From Polyangiaceae bacterium (GTDB lineage Bacteria > Myxococcota_A > Polyangia > Polyangiales > Polyangiaceae), in NCBI GenBank assembly GCA_050287085.1, contig JBNKBE010000002.1, positions 160,001-224,000 of the forward strand: DNA of 64,000 nt. Reading direction: 5' to 3'. A program made the translations under genes and the position numbers. Below the pieces are notes generated by a model, which searched no databases, had not been told where the DNA came from, and was given only the letters and a program-made list of their open reading frames with translations. Below, one piece after another: positions 27,061 to 36,098 of this stretch; position 1 is the stretch's first letter; each line of letters opens with the position of its first letter.

Positions 27061-30000
27061 ATGACCGAGTTAGACGAGCGGTTCGAAGCACTCAAGTACC
27101 TATCGGTGGCGGCATTTGTCGTGGCGCCATCGGGCAAGATCGTGGTCTGGAATGAGGCGGCAGCGACCTTATTGGGCAAGAAGGCTTCGGAGGTGATGGG
27201 TCGGCGCGCGAGCGCCGCCTTTGGTCCTCGTCGCAGCGCAAACCCGGTGACAGCTTCACTCGCGAGCCGGACGCGTGAGAGCGGAGCGGTCGTAGTTGAG
27301 GACGCGGTTTTCGCGGTGACGGCCGAGCCTTGCTTGGACGCAGACGGGGAGGTCGCAGCGACGGTAGTGACGATTCTTCCGGAGGCGAGGCATCCGAGCG
27401 CCGGGTCGAACGTTGCAGAGTCCGGCTCCGCCGAGTCAAGCGTCGCAGAAGCGAGCCCCGCCCCGTCGCTCGCCCCGGCGAAGGAGCAAGCGGGGTTAAG
27501 CACCTTTGACGACATGCCCAATCCCGTGATGGTCGTCGATGCCAGCGATGACTTCCGCATTTCCTACGCCAATCCTGCGTCCCTCGAACTTCTGGGACGC
27601 TTGCAAGAGCATCTACCCGTTTCGGTTGACGCCATCGTTGGCAGCAGTATCGACGTATTCCATTCGGTTCCCCCCCGAACGCGTCAACAGCTTGCCGACC
27701 CGGCCAATCTGCCCTACGAGACTCAGTTCAAGCTTGGTCCCGAGACGGTCCAGCTGCGGGTCTTTGCTCGGCGCGGCGTAGACGGAGACTACCTTGGGCC
27801 CGCCTTGTCGTGGGAGCTCATAACGAAGCAAGTGCGACTCTTGGAGCAGTCTGAGCGTCTCAAGGCCGTGGTCGAGCATTCTCCTCATCCGGTCATGCTG
27901 CTGGACCGGGAATCCCTCGTAGTTACTTATGCGAATCCGGCGTCACTCGAGAGCCTCGCTGGGCTCGAAGAATACCTCCCCTGTAGATCGAGTGAGATTG
28001 TCGGCAGCAAGGTCGATATCCTTCATCAGGTGCCAGCGAGCCAGTGGGCTCTGCTCGGAGATGACAAGAACCTCCCATGTACGAGCGAGATCAAGCTCGG
28101 CCCCGAGACGCTCAAACTGACCCTCTACGCCCTTCGCGATGCCGAGGGTTCGTACATTGGGCCTGCCTTGTCTTGGGAGAGCATCACCGCGCAAAAGCTG
28201 GCGGCTGACCGAGAGATGCAGCTCGCGGCGGAGGTGTCTCGCGTCAACGCCATCGTGGACAACTCGCCGAAACCCGTCATGCTAGTGGACTCGGATACCT
28301 TTGACATCAGTTACGCCAACCGAGCGGCTCTGCGACTACTGAAAGAGGTTGAGGAACACCTGCCTTGTCGAGCTAGCGAGATCGTTGGAGCCAATTTCGA
28401 CATCTTTCACAAGTTACCAGAAGCTCAGCGAAGACTTCTCGCGGACGAAAAGAATCTGCCCCACCGTGCTCGAGTCCGGCTTGGAAGCGAGTTTTTGGAC
28501 CTCGAGGTCTACGCGCTCCTCGACGCCGATGACAAGTACGTGGGGCCCGCTCTGTCTTGGGACCTGGCCACGGAAAGGGTCGCGATGGAGCGCGCAGACG
28601 CTGTGGCAAGAGAAGCGGTCACGCGAGTTCAACTGGCCCTTGAAGAACTCGCTAGTGGCAACATTGACGAGCGGATCGAAGAAGTCTTCCAGGGCGAGTT
28701 GGAGATGATGAAGCAGAACTTCAACTCCATCTCGGATGTTCTCAGCGACTTCCAGAGTACATGTGATTCGCTGGTGGCCGCCGCCCGAGAGGGGCGCCTC
28801 AAGGAGCGAGCGGACGGATCGAGGTTTCAGGGGTCATATCGCGGAATTATCGAGGGGATAAATTCCATTATGGATGCGATTCTGGAACCGGTTGACAATA
28901 TTCGTGAGAAGCTCCAGCTCACGGCCGGGGGAGATCTGACGGCGTATGTAGAAGAGGAGTATCCCGGGGATCATGCGGCACTTCGTGACGCCCTCAATGC
29001 GTCACTCGACGGCCTCAATGGTCTACTAGGACAAGTCAAAGACGCGGCCGGACAGATCGCGTCTAGCAGTGGTCAAGTCTCCGACGCGGCGCAAGACCTC
29101 TCGCAGGGCGCCAGTGAGCAGGCGGCTACCATTGAGGAAATCTCTGCGCAGATGGTTCAAATGACGAACCAGACGACGCAAAACGCCGAAAACGCAACCC
29201 AGGCCAATCGCTTGGCGGTGGCGGCGCGAGATGGCGCTGAGGCGGGTGATGCCAGCATGAGAGAGATGGTCTCGGCGATGGGCGAGATCGAAGAAGCGAG
29301 CAACAACATTTCGAAGATCATCAAGGTTATCGACGAAATTGCGTTTCAGACCAACTTGCTTGCTCTCAACGCCGCCGTAGAGGCCGCGCGCGCCGGAGTC
29401 CACGGCAAGGGGTTTGCCGTTGTGGCGGAGGAGGTGCGCAACTTGGCGGCGCGAAGTGCTCGCGCCGCGAAAGAGACCACGGAGATGATCGAGGGCTCGA
29501 TCAAGAAGGTGGCGCAGGGAACGGGAATTGCGCAGGACACTGCTGCCGCCCTCAACCGCATCGTCCAAGACGTAGGCAAGGTAACTGACCTCGTTGCGGA
29601 GATCGCAGCGGCGAGCAACGAGCAGGCGGAGGGGATCCAACAGATCAACACCGGCCTGGAGCAGGTTAATGAGGTGACGCAGCGCAATACAGCGACGGCA
29701 GAGGAAAGCGCGGCCTCGGCGCAGGAGATGAGCGGACAGACCGCAGAAATGCGCGGGATGGTGGAGCGCTTCAAACTGCGGGAGCGCTCTGTTGGCAGCT
29801 CTTCGTTGGCCGACCTTCCTCCAGAAATGGCGGAGGCGGTTCAGCGCTACATGCAGCAAGCGATGGGGATGGCGTCCCCACCTGCTCCCGAGCCGGCAAC
29901 GACACTCCGGAAGCCGTCCGCGATGGCCGCAGCGCCGCGAGCCGCAGCGCCGCGAGCCGCAGCGCCGCGAGCCGCAGCGCCGCGAGCCGCAGCACCGCGA

Positions 30001-30207
30001 GCCGCAGCACCGCGAAGCCCGGTTCAGTCGAAGCAGGCGAAGAAGCCCTTGCCGCCAAAGCCTTTGCTGACCGGCGCGGGTTCCGAACGAAAGAACGAGG
30101 CTGCTGCCAGCTCGGATATGAACTCACAGCATCGGCCGGCGCAGCGAAGCCAGAAAGACCCTGCGAGTGTCATCGCGCTCGATTCGAGTGAGTTTGGACG
30201 CTACTGA
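27061..30207 (+). CDS. Soluble methyl-accepting chemotaxis protein, Aer2-like (degenerate PAS + 3 PAS-heme + HAMP + signalling domain + pentapeptide)
   Basis: No TM; three repeats of PVMxxD...YAN...IVGxxxDxxH...[29 protein letters not shown]...[14 protein letters not shown]-terminus EFGRY; GTG 27052 is an alternative start. Confidence 0.95.
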   Translation: MTELDERFEALKYLSVAAFVVAPSGKIVVWNEAAATLLGKKASEVMGRRASAAFGPRRSANPVTASLASRTRESGAVVVEDAVFAVTAEPCLDADGEVAATVVTILPEARHPSAGSNVAESGSAESSVAEASPAPSLAPAKEQAGLSTFDDMPNPVMVVDASDDFRISYANPASLELLGRLQEHLPVSVDAIVGSSIDVFHSVPPRTRQQLADPANLPYETQFKLGPETVQLRVFARRGVDGDYLGPALSWELITKQVRLLEQSERLKAVVEHSPHPVMLLDRESLVVTYANPASLESLAGLEEYLPCRSSEIVGSKVDILHQVPASQWALLGDDKNLPCTSEIKLGPETLKLTLYALRDAEGSYIGPALSWESITAQKLAADREMQLAAEVSRVNAIVDNSPKPVMLVDSDTFDISYANRAALRLLKEVEEHLPCRASEIVGANFDIFHKLPEAQRRLLADEKNLPHRARVRLGSEFLDLEVYALLDADDKYVGPALSWDLATERVAMERADAVAREAVTRVQLALEELASGNIDERIEEVFQGELEMMKQNFNSISDVLSDFQSTCDSLVAAAREGRLKERADGSRFQGSYRGIIEGINSIMDAILEPVDNIREKLQLTAGGDLTAYVEEEYPGDHAALRDALNASLDGLNGLLGQVKDAAGQIASSSGQVSDAAQDLSQGASEQAATIEEISAQMVQMTNQTTQNAENATQANRLAVAARDGAEAGDASMREMVSAMGEIEEASNNISKIIKVIDEIAFQTNLLALNAAVEAARAGVHGKGFAVVAEEVRNLAARSARAAKETTEMIEGSIKKVAQGTGIAQDTAAALNRIVQDVGKVTDLVAEIAAASNEQAEGIQQINTGLEQVNEVTQRNTATAEESAASAQEMSGQTAEMRGMVERFKLRERSVGSSSLADLPPEMAEAVQRYMQQAMGMASPPAPEPATTLRKPSAMAAAPRAAAPRAAAPRAAAPRAAAPRAAAPRSPVQSKQAKKPLPPKPLLTGAGSERKNEAAASSDMNSQHRPAQRSQKDPASVIALDSSEFGRY
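29926..30015 (+). repeat. 15-bp coding tandem repeat x6 (AAPRA/RAAAP) in MCP tail
   Basis: GCCGCAGC(G/A)CCGCGA x6. Confidence 0.95.
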
Positions 30208-30284
30208 ACCAGACCGGGAATCCTCGTGAAGGCGCCGGGCCCGCGTGCGTGTCTCCTGCCGGGCGGTGAAAGAGAAGGCGAACG

Positions 30285-31121
30285 ATGGCCATAAGCCTAA
30301 CAAGTGCACAGTTTGAGAAGTTCCAGCGTTTCATATATCAGGCGTTTGGAATCAACCTGCCTGAGGCCAAGCGCGAGATGTTAGCAAACCGTCTGCGCCA
30401 AATGCTGGTCGAGCAGGGGTTCGTCTCTTTCGACGACTACTACCAGGCGAAGCTCACGAACCCTACACCTGCGACGCTGAATGAACTGATCAATCGCGTC
30501 TCGACCAACCATACGTACTTCTATCGCGAGGCAACCCACTTCGAACACCTGCGAAAGCAGGCCTTGCCGGAAGTTGTGCCCGCGGCTGAACGCAGGAGCC
30601 GCGGTAGTCGCAAGGAGTTTCGCATGTGGTGTGCGGCGGCATCCACGGGCCAAGAGCCCTACGGCCTTGCCATTCAGCTGCGTGAGTTTTTTGGTTCGGC
30701 CGTGAGTCAATGGCAGGCCGGGCTGCTGGCAACCGACATCTCAGAGCGTGCGCTGAAAGAGGCGCAACAAGGGATGTATGACGAAGACGAAGTCGAACCT
30801 ATCCCTGTAGAGCTCCGGCGCAAGTACTTCAAGCAGGTCGGCGCGCGCTGGGCCGTTGCTCCGCAGCTGAAACAAGACGTCACCTATCGGCGTCTCAACC
30901 TGATGAACACGCAGTTTCCGTTCAAGAAGCCGTTTGATGTCATCTTCTGTCGCAACGTGATGATCTACTTTGACGCAGACACGAAGCGCGCGCTGGTCAA
31001 GAGGCTCCACGACAACCTGTATCCGGGAGGCTATCTATATGTGGGCTTGGCGGAGTCTTTGGGACAGCTCGCGGGACCATTCAAGACCGTTAGTCCTGGT
31101 ATTTACAAGAGGGTGGGCTAG
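30285..31121 (+). CDS. cheR: Chemoreceptor methyltransferase CheR
   Basis: STNHTYFYRE, WCAAASTGQEPY, ATDIS, FDVIFCRNVMIYFD. Confidence 0.97.
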   Translation: MAISLTSAQFEKFQRFIYQAFGINLPEAKREMLANRLRQMLVEQGFVSFDDYYQAKLTNPTPATLNELINRVSTNHTYFYREATHFEHLRKQALPEVVPAAERRSRGSRKEFRMWCAAASTGQEPYGLAIQLREFFGSAVSQWQAGLLATDISERALKEAQQGMYDEDEVEPIPVELRRKYFKQVGARWAVAPQLKQDVTYRRLNLMNTQFPFKKPFDVIFCRNVMIYFDADTKRALVKRLHDNLYPGGYLYVGLAESLGQLAGPFKTVSPGIYKRVG

Positions 31122-32168
31122 GTGCCAGTCAAAGTACTGATCGTTGATGATTCTGCTCTGGTGAGGCAAGTGCTTTCGCGGGGGCTAGGTGCGGACCCCG
31201 ATATCGAAGTCGTTGGGACGGCGCCCGATCCCTACATAGCGCGCGATAAGATCGTGCATCTTGCACCTCACGTACTGACGCTGGACGTCGAGATGCCGCG
31301 GATGGACGGTATCGAGTTTCTGCGCAAACTGATGCCCCAAGCGCCCATGCCAGTCATCATGGTGAGTTCGTTGACGCAGGCCGGCGCAGCTGCGACCTTC
31401 GACGCCATGGAGGCGGGGGCTGTGGACTTCGTGACAAAGCCCGGTAGTCAGTTTGGCACTGGGCTGGAGCAGATGATCGGGGAACTTCGCACCAAGGTCA
31501 AGATGGCCAGTCGCGCCCGGCTAAAGCGCGTCGTCGCACCGGCGCACCGCCCACCTTCCGTCAAGTCCAACGTGCTGGAGAATACGACGGACAAAGTCGT
31601 GGCGATAGGGGCCAGCACAGGGGGGACGGAGGCCATCAAGGAGGTCATCTGCAATCTACCGCCCAACATGCCGGGAACGGTTGTAGTGCAACATATGCCG
31701 GAGAAGTTCACTGCAATGTACGCGGAGCGTCTCAACAGTCGGTGCTCCCTGGAGGTCAAAGAGGCGAAGGACGGTGACCGCATCATGCCTGGACGAGTCC
31801 TATTGGCACCGGGTGGCTTCCAGATGCGGGTGGTGCGTAAGGGCGGGCAGTATCGCGTGTCGTGTCGCGAAGAAGCTCGCGTCTCCGGGCATGCACCGTC
31901 GGTGGACGTCTTGTTCAGTTCGGTGGCTCGAGAGGTGGGGAGCAACGCCTATGGCATCATCTTGACCGGCATGGGGGCTGACGGTGCAAAAGGGTTGCTC
32001 GAGATGCGTCAGGCAGGAGCACACACGCTGGGGCAGGATGAGGCGAGCTGTGTCGTCTACGGAATGCCGCGCGTTGCTTTCGAGTCGGGCGCGGTGGAGA
32101 AGCAGCGCCCGCTCGACCAGATCGCGCCGGCCTTGGTGCAGCTCCTCTCGAAGACGCGAGCGGCCTAG
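31122..32168 (+). CDS. cheB: Methylesterase CheB (REC + esterase)
   Basis: VDDS, LDVEMP, IGASTGG, VQHMP, ILTGMGADGA, VVYGMP. Confidence 0.97.
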   Translation: MPVKVLIVDDSALVRQVLSRGLGADPDIEVVGTAPDPYIARDKIVHLAPHVLTLDVEMPRMDGIEFLRKLMPQAPMPVIMVSSLTQAGAAATFDAMEAGAVDFVTKPGSQFGTGLEQMIGELRTKVKMASRARLKRVVAPAHRPPSVKSNVLENTTDKVVAIGASTGGTEAIKEVICNLPPNMPGTVVVQHMPEKFTAMYAERLNSRCSLEVKEAKDGDRIMPGRVLLAPGGFQMRVVRKGGQYRVSCREEARVSGHAPSVDVLFSSVAREVGSNAYGIILTGMGADGAKGLLEMRQAGAHTLGQDEASCVVYGMPRVAFESGAVEKQRPLDQIAPALVQLLSKTRAA

Positions 32169-32308
32169 GCCCGCGAATAATGGGCGCGGGCCCTTGGTTC
32201 GCAAGCCTTGGGCTCTACCGGAGGCGCAGCCAATGGCTCCGCCTAGGCTGGTGAGACCGAGGCGTGCGCGTTCTGCTGCATCCGCCCCAGTCGGCGCACC
32301 CGCTTGAA

Positions 32309-32773
32309 TCAGCGCACCAGCTTGATTTCTGGGCGCAATTCTACGCTTATGTGCAGTTGATCATCGTCGACCTGATAGCGGCGAGTGACCACGTCCTCCA
32401 CGAATTCGATTTGACCAAAACCGGTTGCCGGCAGGCCCATGGTGATCTCTTGTTCCTCGTCCATGGCGCCTAGCGCTGCTCCTGCAATCGTGTTGAGCAG
32501 TTCTCCCACGGTGTCGAGCAGGGTCTGATCACAGGTTGCTTCGTCACTGAGATAGAGTTCTTCAGCGAGGCGGCCAGCGAGTGAGCGCTGGGTCTGAAAC
32601 GTGACGCGGCATGGGATGGGAGAAGATGCTTCTATCCTACCCCAGACGTCGCAGTCATGTATGTCCGGTGACTCCGCCTCGATCGCCTCCATGAACAACA
32701 TGCCTTCAAGCGTTGTTGTCACCGAGGTGTCGATCGCCTCCCGTACCTCTTCGATGTCGAGCGTTGCCTTCAT
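32309..32773 (-). CDS. cheX: CheX-like CheY-P phosphatase
   Basis: DTVGELLNTIAG (ExxN) and MGLP; chemotaxis context; start set at ATG 32773. Confidence 0.75.
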   Translation of the reverse strand: MKATLDIEEVREAIDTSVTTTLEGMLFMEAIEAESPDIHDCDVWGRIEASSPIPCRVTFQTQRSLAGRLAEELYLSDEATCDQTLLDTVGELLNTIAGAALGAMDEEQEITMGLPATGFGQIEFVEDVVTRRYQVDDDQLHISVELRPEIKLVR

Positions 32774-32948
32774 AATTGTTCTCGCGTCGGTTGTGGACAA
32801 CGAACCAAGCCAGCTGGCGTCGGCTCATCGCCTTGACCTAGGATGCTGCGCTCGGGCCGATTCTGATTGTGTTCTTTGCTGTGCCGCGTCGCTGAAGTTG
32901 CGTGGTCCAAGGCGTTTCGTTGGACAACGCTCCAATGCCCGATCGCTA

Positions 32949-33320
32949 TCAGGCCATCAGCGGCTTGAGCGCGGCGGCGGCCATTACCGGAGTTGGGGGC
33001 TTCTTGAGCACGCTAGAGGCACCAAGCTCTGTGAGTTCGTCGTTCATTCTAGAGTTGAAGGCGCTGCTGACGACGATGATTGGCACGTTCTTCATTCGGT
33101 CCGACGCTCGCATCCGGCGTATCAGCTCGTCACCCTTGATCTCGGGCATGTTGAGGTCCGTAATCACCAGATCGAAGTCCTCAACGCTCAGCTTGTCGAG
33201 TACTTCGGCGCCGCTCGCGACCTCCACGATTTCAGCGTCCGCAAGACCGGCGGCCTCGAAACACCGCCGGACGAACATGCGTGCGGTGGCAGAATCGTCT
33301 GCGATGATAACCCTTTTCAT
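32949..33320 (-). CDS. cheY: CheY-like single-domain receiver
   Basis: IIADDS, ITDLNMP, VSS, KKP; AGGAG RBS. Confidence 0.85.
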   Translation of the reverse strand: MKRVIIADDSATARMFVRRCFEAAGLADAEIVEVASGAEVLDKLSVEDFDLVITDLNMPEIKGDELIRRMRASDRMKNVPIIVVSSAFNSRMNDELTELGASSVLKKPPTPVMAAAALKPLMA

Positions 33321-33334
33321 GACTCCTGTTTCCA

Positions 33335-33826
33335 TCAGATCTTCCTATCCCCGCGTGCTGGATTACTCACCATGATTTCGGGGTTACCGACATTTACCGT
33401 CACCGTTCGGCTGTAGGTGTCACCTACGTCTTCACCCACAGCCGCGAGACCCACCTTCCACAGGTTCTTCTTGGTTGCGAGGATGTTCCGCTTTCCGATT
33501 TCCAGCGCTTCCGACGTAACGTTGGCGAGTACCTTGGCGCCCCCGGCGACCTTGACCACCCAGCGACGAGAGCGTTTTGCTCCAAGTGCTTCGAGGCCCT
33601 GTACCAAGGCCAAAATGCCCGTGTCGGCGAAGTATGCGGGTTGGCTCTTTCCTCGCTCGGGGTTTGTCTTTGAATCCGGGAGCACCAAGTGCAGCAAGCC
33701 GGTCGCGCCAGTCTGCGGATCGACGATCGTAACCCCAATGCAAGAGCCCAACGCGAAGGTCTTCAAGATGTCTCCGGGGGTGCCGCTGACTGCCATGTCA
33801 CCGACTCCAACTACGATAGTCGCCAC
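33335..33826 (-). CDS. cheD: Chemoreceptor glutamine deamidase CheD
   Basis: VVGVGDM, ALGSCIGV, GLLHLVLP, FADTG, KVAGGA, IGKRN, EDVG...SRT; GTG start inferred. Confidence 0.95.
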   Translation of the reverse strand: MATIVVGVGDMAVSGTPGDILKTFALGSCIGVTIVDPQTGATGLLHLVLPDSKTNPERGKSQPAYFADTGILALVQGLEALGAKRSRRWVVKVAGGAKVLANVTSEALEIGKRNILATKKNLWKVGLAAVGEDVGDTYSRTVTVNVGNPEIMVSNPARGDRKI

Positions 33827-33877
33827 TAGGTACCTTGTAATCTTCCCGCAAGGAGTCCGTTGCCTCGCTGGCTGAAA

Positions 33878-33905
33878 AGAACGGCAACTGCTGGCGTCAG
33901 CTTTA
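33878..33905 (-). promoter_or_regulatory. Sigma28/FliA-like promoter TAAAGCTG-12-GCCGTTCT (cheD-cheY-cheX)
   Basis: Same -35 octamer as the cheA promoter. Confidence 0.6.
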
Positions 33906-34010
33906 GAAGTCGCGAGAAAAAGAGCAAGAGTCGTGTGTGCGTGAGCGATACAGGGTGGCCCAGATGCCTCTTGGTTACCGACACTGGCGCTGACGGCTGG
34001 CTCCAGCTGC

Positions 34011-34037
34011 TTAAGTTCGTTGCTCACAAGCCGTTCT
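34011..34037 (+). promoter_or_regulatory. Sigma28/FliA-like promoter TTAAGTTC-11-GCCGTTCT (receiver gene)
   Basis: Same -10 as the cheD promoter; 32 nt upstream of ATG. Confidence 0.55.
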
Positions 34038-34069
34038 CATCGCAATCGGACACACAGGAGCTGGAGGCG

Positions 34070-34438
34070 ATGAGGTACAAGGTATTGGTGGCGGACGATG
34101 ACTTGGTGACGCGAAAGGTGTTGGTCAAGTATCTCATGGGCAAAGGTTTAGATGTCATCCAAGCCTCGGACGGGTTCCGGGCGCGCGCCGTGCTCGAAGA
34201 CAATCCTGATATTCGATTGCTGATATCGGACGTCCTGATGCCAGTGATCGATGGTCGGGAGCTCATCAGCGGCCTCCGTCGCGACAAGCGCTTCGACGGG
34301 CTGCAGGTGTTGGTCATGAGCGCAACGGTTGGGGTCGGGGAAATAAGGAAGCTGCTGGAGATGGGGGCCAGTCGCTTCCTGGCAAAGCCCATCAACCTGG
34401 AAAAGTTGGGGCAGGAACTCGAAGCTATGATGACCTAG
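34070..34438 (+). CDS. Single-domain response regulator (CheY-like)
   Basis: VLVADDD, ISDVLMP, MSA, AKPI; GGAGG RBS. Confidence 0.9.
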   Translation: MRYKVLVADDDLVTRKVLVKYLMGKGLDVIQASDGFRARAVLEDNPDIRLLISDVLMPVIDGRELISGLRRDKRFDGLQVLVMSATVGVGEIRKLLEMGASRFLAKPINLEKLGQELEAMMT

Positions 34439-34443
34439 GTCGT

Positions 34444-34466
34444 CCCCCCGGGGGGGGGGGGGGGGG
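34444..34466. repeat. Homopolymer C6-G17
   Basis: Read directly. Confidence 0.9.
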
Positions 34467-34615
34467 CCGGGCCGAGCGCGGCGCCGACTCGCCTTCAGGG
34501 AGGTTCGGCGGAGCCCGGAGGGGAGGCGTTGGGCCAGCTGGCCAACGGCTTGAACCCGACGCTTCATGCGCGACGTTGTCAGCCACCAGGCGGGGCTGAT
34601 AACAACGCGACCGAA

Positions 34616-35368
34616 ATGAGCGGTCACTCCAAATGGGCAACCATCAAGCGAAAGAAGGGCGCCAACGACGCCGCACGCGGCAAGCTGTTCACCCGTTTGA
34701 TCCGGGAGATCGTCATCGCGGCGCGGATGGGCGGCGGCGACATCAACGCCAATGCGCGGCTTCGCAAAGCGGTGAGCGATAGCAAGAAGAATCAGATGCC
34801 CGCTGATAAGATCGATCGCGCCATCAAGCGGGGCACGGGTGAGATCGCGGGCGAATCGTACGAAGAGGTGTTGTACGAGGGAACCGGTCCCGGCGGAACT
34901 CTGTTCCTGATCGAGGGTACCACCGACAACCGCAATCGCACGGCGGCTGAGTTTCGCAAGCTCTTTGACAAGCACAACGGTGCGTTGGCTGGAAGTGGTT
35001 CGGCGGCCTGGGCCTTCGAGCATCGCGGAGTCATCGAACTCGAGCCCGGTGTGACCGAAGAGCAGCTGATGGAAACCGCGGTAGAGGCGGGCGCTGACGA
35101 CTACGAGCAGAGCGATGAGGGCTGGTTGGTCTATACGGAGCTCGAGATGCTCGACGAAATCGTCAAGAGTCTCGAAGCCGCCGAGATTGTACCTCGTTCT
35201 TCCAAGCGAGCTTATCTGCCTAAGGCCAAGAAGGAAGTTCGCGGGCGAGATGCAGAGGTCTGCCTCAACCTGGCGGACGCCTTCGAGGAGCACGACGACG
35301 TTGCCAACGTCTATTCCGACTTTGACGTGCCCGACGACGAACTCGAGCGCATTGCTGGGGACGGATGA
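34616..35368 (+). CDS. yebC: YebC/PmpR family protein
   Basis: MSGHSKWATIKRKKG, YEGTGPGG, TDNRNRT, DDVANVYSDF. Confidence 0.97.
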   Translation: MSGHSKWATIKRKKGANDAARGKLFTRLIREIVIAARMGGGDINANARLRKAVSDSKKNQMPADKIDRAIKRGTGEIAGESYEEVLYEGTGPGGTLFLIEGTTDNRNRTAAEFRKLFDKHNGALAGSGSAAWAFEHRGVIELEPGVTEEQLMETAVEAGADDYEQSDEGWLVYTELEMLDEIVKSLEAAEIVPRSSKRAYLPKAKKEVRGRDAEVCLNLADAFEEHDDVANVYSDFDVPDDELERIAGDG

Positions 35369-35389
35369 GTGCTGTGCTGGCGCTGCTAG

Positions 35390-35431
35390 GGTTTCATACC
35401 GGTGGTTTCATACCGGTGGTGTCATACCAGT
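35390..35431. repeat. 14-bp tandem repeat x3 (GGTTTCATACCGGT)
   Basis: Two perfect copies and one degenerate copy between convergent genes. Confidence 0.9.
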
Positions 35432-35438
35432 GCGCCAG

Positions 35439-36098
35439 TCATAGCTGGACCCAGTTGGGGAGCGGTGTGCCAAGAAAGTAGCTGAATACCGCGTGCGCCA
35501 GGACGGCTGAGGAAAGCCTGCCGGTGGTGTGGACCAAGGCCGCCCACACGACGCCCATGACGGCTGCCGCTGCGACGACCAGTGGGTTCGGCCCGGCATG
35601 GGGGTCCTGAAGCGCAACCAGTGTTGGGACATGGGCCAGAGCGTATAGCGCGGCCGAGGCTGGAATGCTCCAGACGCCGATTCGTTGCCGCAGTTCGCGG
35701 AGCACTAGCCCGCGCCAGACGAGCTCCTCGCCCGCAACGGTAAGTAGGAGCAGGACGATGAAGAAGGGTTCTTTCTGGTAGGGACCCACGTGCCTGTATA
35801 GCTGCAATAGCCAGCTGAATCCGGCCGAGCCGGGGGCCGCCAGAGAGCGCAACGCCAGGGCGCCGCAGACCACTGACGCTCCTCCGAGTACGATGCCAAT
35901 CGAGGTATCGCCTCCCTGCACGCGGAGCGCCCGGCCGAGTTCCTTGTGGCGCTTGAGCTGCGCCAGCGCAAAGGGAGCGAGCAGGAGATAGGGGCCAAGA
36001 CCGATGACCCACATCTTCCAGGTGCCCGCAAAACCGGGCAGCAACGCGAAACCGCTGCCGGTGGCCACAGCCAGTACAACCAGGAGGATATTCTTCAT
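35439..36098 (-). CDS. CPBP/Abi (CAAX-like) intramembrane metalloprotease
   Basis: Multi-TM; EELVWRG, YALAH, LAHAVFS; ATGA coupled to coaBC. Confidence 0.9.
   Translation of the reverse strand: MKNILLVVLAVATGSGFALLPGFAGTWKMWVIGLGPYLLLAPFALAQLKRHKELGRALRVQGGDTSIGIVLGGASVVCGALALRSLAAPGSAGFSWLLQLYRHVGPYQKEPFFIVLLLLTVAGEELVWRGLVLRELRQRIGVWSIPASAALYALAHVPTLVALQDPHAGPNPLVVAAAAVMGVVWAALVHTTGRLSSAVLAHAVFSYFLGTPLPNWVQL

Noticed and set aside
33827..34069. Long N-terminal extensions of CheD and the receiver given by the ORF track
   Set aside because: They overlap each other and the divergent promoters; downstream starts match family N-termini.
21610..34450. Terminal inverted repeats around the che block (GGGGGG..GACGAC vs GTCGTCCCCCC)
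   Set aside because: Short, gapped and low-complexity; no transposase.
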